Assembly (NCBI RefSeq): GCF_042180575.1 | Contig: NZ_CP170094.1 | Span: forward strand, 1,784,604-1,848,603 | Reading direction: 5' to 3' | Source of the DNA: Bernardetia sp. OM2101 | GTDB lineage: Bacteria; Bacteroidota; Bacteroidia; Cytophagales; Bernardetiaceae | DNA: 64,000 bases | In this document: piece after piece, positions 59,072 through 64,000 of the stretch | Layout: each line of letters begins with the position of its first letter | How positions within the stretch are numbered: position 1 is the stretch's first letter | The notes under the pieces: model-generated | Seen by the model: only the letters and a program-made list of their open reading frames with translations | What the model was told of the DNA's origin: nothing | Database searches by the model: none | Made by a program: the position numbers and the translations under genes

Positions 59072-59617
59072 GTGGACAAACAACAAATTATAGAACAAAT
59101 TAAGAAATATTTTGGTATAGATGCTTTGACAAAAGAAGTAAAAATATATATTGATTTACAAACAGAAATTATCAAGACTTCTATTGTGGAAGGTTCTTCA
59201 AAAGCAATTTTTGGAATTATTAAAGGTGCTGTATTTGCTTTTTTGGGGCTTTGTATTTTTATTTTTGGTAATTTAGTAATAGGTTTTGGGCTTAGTGAAT
59301 GGTTTTTTAATTCTCGTTATTGGACAGGTTTCTTTATTTTGACGCTGTTTTATAGTACACTTGCACTTATTTTTGCTGCTGTACAGTCTTTTATTCAGAC
59401 AAAAGTAGAAAAAGGAGTAAGTGACGGAATAAAAGGAACTCCTTTAGAATTGACCAGTTTGGATGAAATAACTTATCCAGAAAAGAAACTTAAAAGGTTG
59501 AAAGAGGAGCAGCAAGAAATAGCTAAAACCAGTCAAAAAAATATAGAAAAAGAAGCTTCAACCCCATCAAATCCTAATCTACCAACACAAAATGAAAATA
59601 ATGTTGATACAAACTAA
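59072..59617 (+). CDS. two-TM membrane protein, phage-holin-family-like (tentative)
   Basis: 181 aa with a GTG start. Two hydrophobic helices (AIFGIIKGAVFAFLGLCIFIFGNLVIGFGL and FFILTLFYSTLALIFAAVQSFI). Confidence 0.3.
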   Translation: MDKQQIIEQIKKYFGIDALTKEVKIYIDLQTEIIKTSIVEGSSKAIFGIIKGAVFAFLGLCIFIFGNLVIGFGLSEWFFNSRYWTGFFILTLFYSTLALIFAAVQSFIQTKVEKGVSDGIKGTPLELTSLDEITYPEKKLKRLKEEQQEIAKTSQKNIEKEASTPSNPNLPTQNENNVDTN

Positions 59618-59686
59618 AATTAGCTAATTTTTATCATTAAAAACAATCCAGTTACAAATAGTAATTTTTCATCTTTATTTTCATCA

Positions 59687-60139
59687 TTGTTTATTTTTAG
59701 TTTAATCATGGAAAAATCATTTAAAGCGCATAAAGAAGAACTTTTAAAAGCTCAACAAGGTCAAAAGCTAAGACTTCAAAATCAATTTGTAGATACAAAA
59801 GACGAAACAACCAAAGTAGCAAAATTGGCACTTATTGGTGGTGCTTCTGCTTTTGTGGGAATTAAAGTAGTTAGTTTTGTATTTGGAATGTTTAGAAAGA
59901 AAAAACGTAAAAAAGCCAAAAATCAAGAACCTCAAATCGTATATGTGCAACAAGGAAATAATGATGCTGTATTAGCTACCAAAAATAATAAAGGTGTGGG
60001 TTCTGTTATTTGGACACTCCTTTTGCCTATGGTAACTAATTTTGCCAAACAAGCAGGTACAAAAGCTGCTGAAAAATATACTGCTGAATTAATGGAAAAA
60101 TATAAAGATAAGTTGAACTTGGATAAGTTTTTTAAGTAA
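59687..60139 (+). CDS. hypothetical membrane protein
   Basis: 150 aa with one central TM helix and a basic patch KKKRKKAK. Confidence 0.3.
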   Translation: MFIFSLIMEKSFKAHKEELLKAQQGQKLRLQNQFVDTKDETTKVAKLALIGGASAFVGIKVVSFVFGMFRKKKRKKAKNQEPQIVYVQQGNNDAVLATKNNKGVGSVIWTLLLPMVTNFAKQAGTKAAEKYTAELMEKYKDKLNLDKFFK

Positions 60140-60146
60140 ACTCTTC

Positions 60147-61124
60147 TTATATTTCTTTTGATATGATATAATCATTTCTTTCATTAGAATGAATAACTAT
60201 CATTTCGGCAAGAAAACCAACTAAAAAAAGCTGAGTACCAACACTAATAGCAAGAAGTGAAATATAAAAAAGTGGTGCATCAACAGGTTCACGAGAATGA
60301 ATACCAAGTAATTTTTCTAATAGAAGCCAAAAAGCAATTCCAAACCCCATAAAAAAAGAAAGCAAACCGAATGTGCCAAAAAAGTGCATCGGTTTTTTCT
60401 TGAATCTTGTAATAAAAGTAACTGAAAGCAAGTCTAAAAGTCCATTTGTAAAGCGTTCTAAACCAAACTTTGTACTTCCAAACTGTCTTGCACGGTGTTC
60501 GACTACTTTTTCTCCGATTTTTGTAAAACCATTCCATTTTGCCAAAACAGGTAAATAACGGTGCATTTCTCCATAAACATTTAAAGTTCTGACAACTTCA
60601 ACTTTATAGGCTTTTAATCCACAATTAAAGTCGTTTAGTTTGATTCCTGAAAAAGCACGAGTGGCAGCATTGAAAAGTTTGGTAGGAAGTGTTTTGGAAA
60701 GTGGGTCGTGGCGTTTTTTCTTCCACCCTGAAATCAAATCAAAGTTTTGATTTTTGATTAAGTCATATAATTCTGGAATTTCGTCTGGACTGTCTTGCAA
60801 GTCTGCGTCCATTGTAATGACTACATCTCCCCTCACAATTTTAAATCCTGCATCTAAGGCTGCCGATTTTCCGTAATTTCTTGAAAAACAAATTGCTTTT
60901 ACACTTTCGTTTTTTTGTGCTAATTCTTCAATTACTTTCCACGAATTATCTGTACTTCCATCATTTATGAATATAATTTCATACGAGAAGTTGTTTTTTT
61001 CCATTACTTTCACAATCCAATCATGCAAAGGAGGTAATGATTCATCTTCATTAAAAAGAGGAATAACGATTGAGATTTGTAAAGAAGAGGTTAATGTATT
61101 GGAAGAGTGAAGAAGGTCAGACAT
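60147..61124 (-). CDS. family-2 glycosyltransferase (polyprenyl-phosphate sugar transferase-like) with C-terminal TM helices
   Basis: 325 aa. …ISIVIPLFNEDESL…IFINDGSTDNS…DADLQD… GT2 motifs and two C-terminal TM helices. Confidence 0.85.
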   Translation of the reverse strand: MSDLLHSSNTLTSSLQISIVIPLFNEDESLPPLHDWIVKVMEKNNFSYEIIFINDGSTDNSWKVIEELAQKNESVKAICFSRNYGKSAALDAGFKIVRGDVVITMDADLQDSPDEIPELYDLIKNQNFDLISGWKKKRHDPLSKTLPTKLFNAATRAFSGIKLNDFNCGLKAYKVEVVRTLNVYGEMHRYLPVLAKWNGFTKIGEKVVEHRARQFGSTKFGLERFTNGLLDLLSVTFITRFKKKPMHFFGTFGLLSFFMGFGIAFWLLLEKLLGIHSREPVDAPLFYISLLAISVGTQLFLVGFLAEMIVIHSNERNDYIISKEI

Positions 61125-61137
61125 GTTTCTACAAGAA

Positions 61138-61176
61138 ATAATTACGAATTAAAAATTACGAATTACGAATATAACT
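61138..61176. repeat. heptanucleotide repeat (AATTACG)n 14 bp upstream of the GT2 start codon
   Basis: aataattacgaattaaaaattacgaattacgaatataac. Related ATTACGA tracts occur at 11446-11465 and 31271-31285. Confidence 0.75.
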
Positions 61177-61341
61177 CGTTTGATAATAGTTTAGCTAAAA
61201 ACACAAAACTGAAAGTTTATATAATCTGTGTTTATCGAAAAATTGAAAACAAATTTATTCCTATATTTTTTTGTTTTGCTACATTTAATTGAGCAAATTT
61301 ACATACTAAAATAGACAAACGCTTATTATTTATTCTAAATT

Positions 61342-61860
61342 ATGAAAAAAACAACAATACGTAGAGCTACTGAAAAAGATGTTCCTCAAATTTTTGATTT
61401 GATTGTCGAACTTGCTATTTATGAAAAGGCAGAACACGAAGTCAGTACAACTCCTGAACAAATGACTATTGATGGATTTGGAGAGAATCCTTCTTATGGT
61501 GCAATCGTGGCAGAACAAGGCGACACAATTATAGGATTTTCACTTTTTTATATTCGTTATTCTACTTGGAAAGGACGCTGTTTGTACTTGGAAGATTTTT
61601 TAGTAAATGAAGAATATAGAGGTGAAGGAATAGGTAAACTTCTTTTTGAAGCGACTATCCTAGAAGCCAAACGCCAAAACACGAATATGATGACGTGGCA
61701 AGTCTTGGATTGGAATACACCAGCTATAACCTTTTATGAAAAATGGGAGGCTACTCTTGATTCAGAATGGATAAATGGAAAATTCTACCAAGATTACTTA
61801 GATAACTACAAAGTAAGATTTTTAGATAAACTAGACCCGAATAAAGTCTTATTAGACTAA
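61342..61860 (+). CDS. GNAT-family N-acetyltransferase
   Basis: 172 aa. …VNEEYRGEGIGKLLFEATILEAKRQN… acetyl-CoA binding motif. Confidence 0.8.
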   Translation: MKKTTIRRATEKDVPQIFDLIVELAIYEKAEHEVSTTPEQMTIDGFGENPSYGAIVAEQGDTIIGFSLFYIRYSTWKGRCLYLEDFLVNEEYRGEGIGKLLFEATILEAKRQNTNMMTWQVLDWNTPAITFYEKWEATLDSEWINGKFYQDYLDNYKVRFLDKLDPNKVLLD

Positions 61861-61892
61861 AAACAGGTAACAATCAACTCATTATCAATATA

Positions 61893-62447
61893 CTATTTAC
61901 TTCCTCTTGCATTTGGTGTTTCATTTCTTGTTGGAGGAGGACTCATATCTAAAGGGCTTGGAAGCTCATTAAGGCTTTCAGTTACTCCAAAACGTTTTAA
62001 AGATTCTTGATTATAGGCGACGGCTGCTAGTTCGGGTGTATCAAAAACACCTAAATAAATCCGTTCGCCTTGGTCATAAATAATAGCTCTATATTTCTTA
62101 CCATCTTTCGAAACTCCTCTGTAATTATTTGGGGTATGATTGGTTTGATGACGACGAAGTTCTGACATGGTTGCCCATTCTAAATTTTCTATCTGACAAT
62201 TTAATTTATTAGAATCAAGCATACGTACAAAAAGCCTTTTATCAGTATCTTGCTTTTTGACAAAGTTATCAGCTAATATTTTGTGCATATAAAGCGTCTG
62301 AATTTTGCCAAACTTCATTTGTTGAAGCACAGCATAGCCAGCCGAATGTAATCGCCAACCTTCATGAATTCCTTTTTTACGTAAATACAAAAAACCTTGA
62401 CGACAAAGTTTTACTTTTTTATCAGAGTTGGTAAGATCAATATGCAT
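61893..62447 (-). CDS. HNH(-like) endonuclease fused to AP2 DNA-binding domain (free-standing homing-endonuclease-like gene)
   Basis: 184 aa. HNH_3-like block …AGYAVLQQMKFGKIQTLYMHKILADNFV…LDSNKLNCQIENLEWAT… followed by AP2 signature YRGVSKDGKKYRAIIYDQGERIYLGVFDTPELAAVAYN. Confidence 0.55.
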   Translation of the reverse strand: MHIDLTNSDKKVKLCRQGFLYLRKKGIHEGWRLHSAGYAVLQQMKFGKIQTLYMHKILADNFVKKQDTDKRLFVRMLDSNKLNCQIENLEWATMSELRRHQTNHTPNNYRGVSKDGKKYRAIIYDQGERIYLGVFDTPELAAVAYNQESLKRFGVTESLNELPSPLDMSPPPTRNETPNARGSK

Positions 62448-62718
62448 GACAGAATAGAAATATTTTTAGTAAAATAACAAAGTAGCAAAATGTAGAAAAT
62501 TTGATTATACTTTTAGCCTTTTATAGGGGAGGAAAAAGGGTTTAGTTTTAAACAAAAATACAAAATTTAAAGCAAAATTAGGTAGTAGATGTTAGCAAAT
62601 ACTTCTTAATATAGTATTTGATAAGCTATAAACCTAATGTTACAGAATTATTACATTGTTATTTTTCATTACTATTCTGTCAGCTATTCTTGAAGAGTAA
62701 TAGTGAAACAGATTTTTA

Positions 62719-63231
62719 TTAACTGTTTTCTATGTTTTTTATCAATGCTGGAGTAGCTTCTGGAATAGGTAATGAATCACTATCTTTTATTGTGTTAAGA
62801 ATTACCATGGTTTGCATATTATCTACTTCAGAAATTTCACTAATTTTATTCATAATCAAACTTTGATATGAATCAATGTCTTTTGAAACTACCTTCAATA
62901 CATAATCACTAGAACCTGTAACATAATGACACTCAACAATTTCGTCGATTTCCCTTACTTGTTTTACAAAATTTTCGTTACTTGTTTTATTATGTTTGTT
63001 TAGTTTTACACTTACAAAAGTAGCTACTCCCAATCCCAATTTTTGAGCATCAAGACGAGCATGATAACTTTGAATATAACCAGCATTTTCTAGTTTTTTG
63101 ACACGTTCTAAAGTAGGTGCAGGTGAAAGGTTGATGTCTTTAGAAAGTTGAGCGTTTGTAATTTTGGCGTTTTCTTGAAGAATTTCCAAAATCTGTTTAT
63201 CAATTAGATCTATTTTATAATGAAGTGCCAT
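62719..63231 (-). CDS. Lrp/AsnC-family transcriptional regulator
   Basis: 170 aa. N-terminal HTH …DKQILEILQENAKITNAQLSKDINLSPAPTLERVKKLE… and C-terminal RAM domain. Confidence 0.85.
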   Translation of the reverse strand: MALHYKIDLIDKQILEILQENAKITNAQLSKDINLSPAPTLERVKKLENAGYIQSYHARLDAQKLGLGVATFVSVKLNKHNKTSNENFVKQVREIDEIVECHYVTGSSDYVLKVVSKDIDSYQSLIMNKISEISEVDNMQTMVILNTIKDSDSLPIPEATPALIKNIENS

Positions 63232-63431
63232 AACTAAATATCAGTTTATAAATTTGATGATACAATAGAAATTAAAATGTATATAACGCATACAAAGAGG
63301 TAAACGTTTTTATTGTAGTGCAAAATTATATAAAACTTTTATTAGATACTAGCCAAATAAAAGAAGTTTTGAAGCAAAATAACATTATATTATTTGGAGT
63401 AAGTGTTTTTTGATTCTTTTAACAGATATTT

Positions 63432-64000
63432 TTATGTATTTAAGGGAAGCCAAAAGAAAAATGTACTACCTTTTCCTACTTCACTTTCCACCCAAATTTC
63501 GCCTTTGTGTGCTTCTATAAACTCTCTACAAATAGCAAGCCCTAGCCCAGAACCTTTTTTGTCTGTATTTCCATCTGCATCAGGAATTTGAAAATATTTC
63601 TCAAATACTTTCAGATAATACATTTCACTAATGCCTTTTCCTTTATCATTTACCGAAAATAGAATTCCATTATCATCAGGATAAATACTCAATTTTACTT
63701 CTGACTTTTGAGGTGCATAATGTATTGCATTTGTCAAGAAATTAATAATAACCCATTTTATTTTATCAATATCTGCAAAAAACGTGGGTAAATTAGGTGC
63801 AATATTAGCTTCTATAGATAAGAATTTTTGTTCAGCAGCTACTTTTATGGCTTGTAAAGTATAGTTTACCAAATCATCTACCCCAACTGGTTGTAGATTT
63901 ATCTTTATTTTACCAGATTCAATTTGTGATAATTGCAGAATCTCACTTGTGAGTGCAAAAAGACGTTCGGTAGCTTGTTCTATATCTCCAATCAAATCTG
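63432..64000 (-). CDS. sensor histidine kinase, C-terminal part (ORF runs off the window edge)
   Basis: HATPase_c motifs …DKGKGISE… …GSGLGLAICREFIEAHKGEIWVESEVGKGSTFFFWLP. The N-terminus lies beyond 64000. Confidence 0.75.
   Translation of the reverse strand, partial: DLIGDIEQATERLFALTSEILQLSQIESGKIKINLQPVGVDDLVNYTLQAIKVAAEQKFLSIEANIAPNLPTFFADIDKIKWVIINFLTNAIHYAPQKSEVKLSIYPDDNGILFSVNDKGKGISEMYYLKVFEKYFQIPDADGNTDKKGSGLGLAICREFIEAHKGEIWVESEVGKGSTFFFWLPLNT

Noticed and set aside
59072-60139. Prophage remnant suggested by a holin-like protein
   Set aside because: Only a generic two-TM holin-family-like protein is present. There are no terminase, capsid, tail or integrase genes nearby. It is treated as a chromosomal membrane protein.

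Overview
The window looks like a low-GC (about 32-35%) Bacteroidota chromosome segment, probably Cytophagia-like. Several features point that way: a T9SS C-terminal sorting domain, an Omp85/TamL-like lipoprotein, Bacteroidetes-style TAnnTTTG promoter boxes, and a tRNA-Tyr/Gly/Thr-tuf cluster. Most of the window is housekeeping: a BatA-like vWA operon start, a PpiD/SurA-like rotamase, ornithine aminotransferase, fsa/tal, aroE, murQ, uvrC, recA, tuf, secG, NamZ (DUF1343), a GT2 enzyme, Fur and Lrp regulators, and several sensor kinases and a PAS-PP2C phosphatase.

The strongest candidate for something new is at 20.2-24.2 kb. A single 893-aa protein carries leucine-rich repeats, an intact Roc (Ras-like) GTPase, a COR-length linker and a C-terminal TIR domain. 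This ROCO-TIR architecture is NLR-like, but uses a small-GTPase switch instead of a STAND ATPase. It is followed by a DUF1016/YhcG PD-(D/E)XK nuclease gene bracketed by 37-bp direct repeats that look like cassette boundaries. The same CACCAGTGGTG-core hairpin occurs upstream of the ROCO-TIR gene and, inverted, inside the nuclease gene.

Other unexplained structure:
- Three tandem ~115-bp units, each with a CGTAA-N5-TTACG palindrome and a TAATTTTG -7 box, sit immediately upstream of recA.
- 7-bp-periodic microsatellites (GGAAATG, ATTACGG, AATTACG, CAGTTAC, AGTGATT) abut start or stop codons of several genes, including fur.
- A modular intergenic repeat family (hairpin A, box B, hairpin C) shows compensatory stem changes between copies.
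- A free-standing HNH-AP2 homing-endonuclease-like gene lies between a GNAT gene and lrp.
- A T9SS cargo gene is broken by two 1-bp frameshifts, one in the A5 run right after its ATG.
- Smaller items: an MGMT-fold ATL protein (Cys replaced by Ala), a secreted TPR-caspase protein, AraC-type direct repeats, and a perfect 28-bp palindrome.

All calls come from reading the sequence and the ORF translations. No database searches were run.
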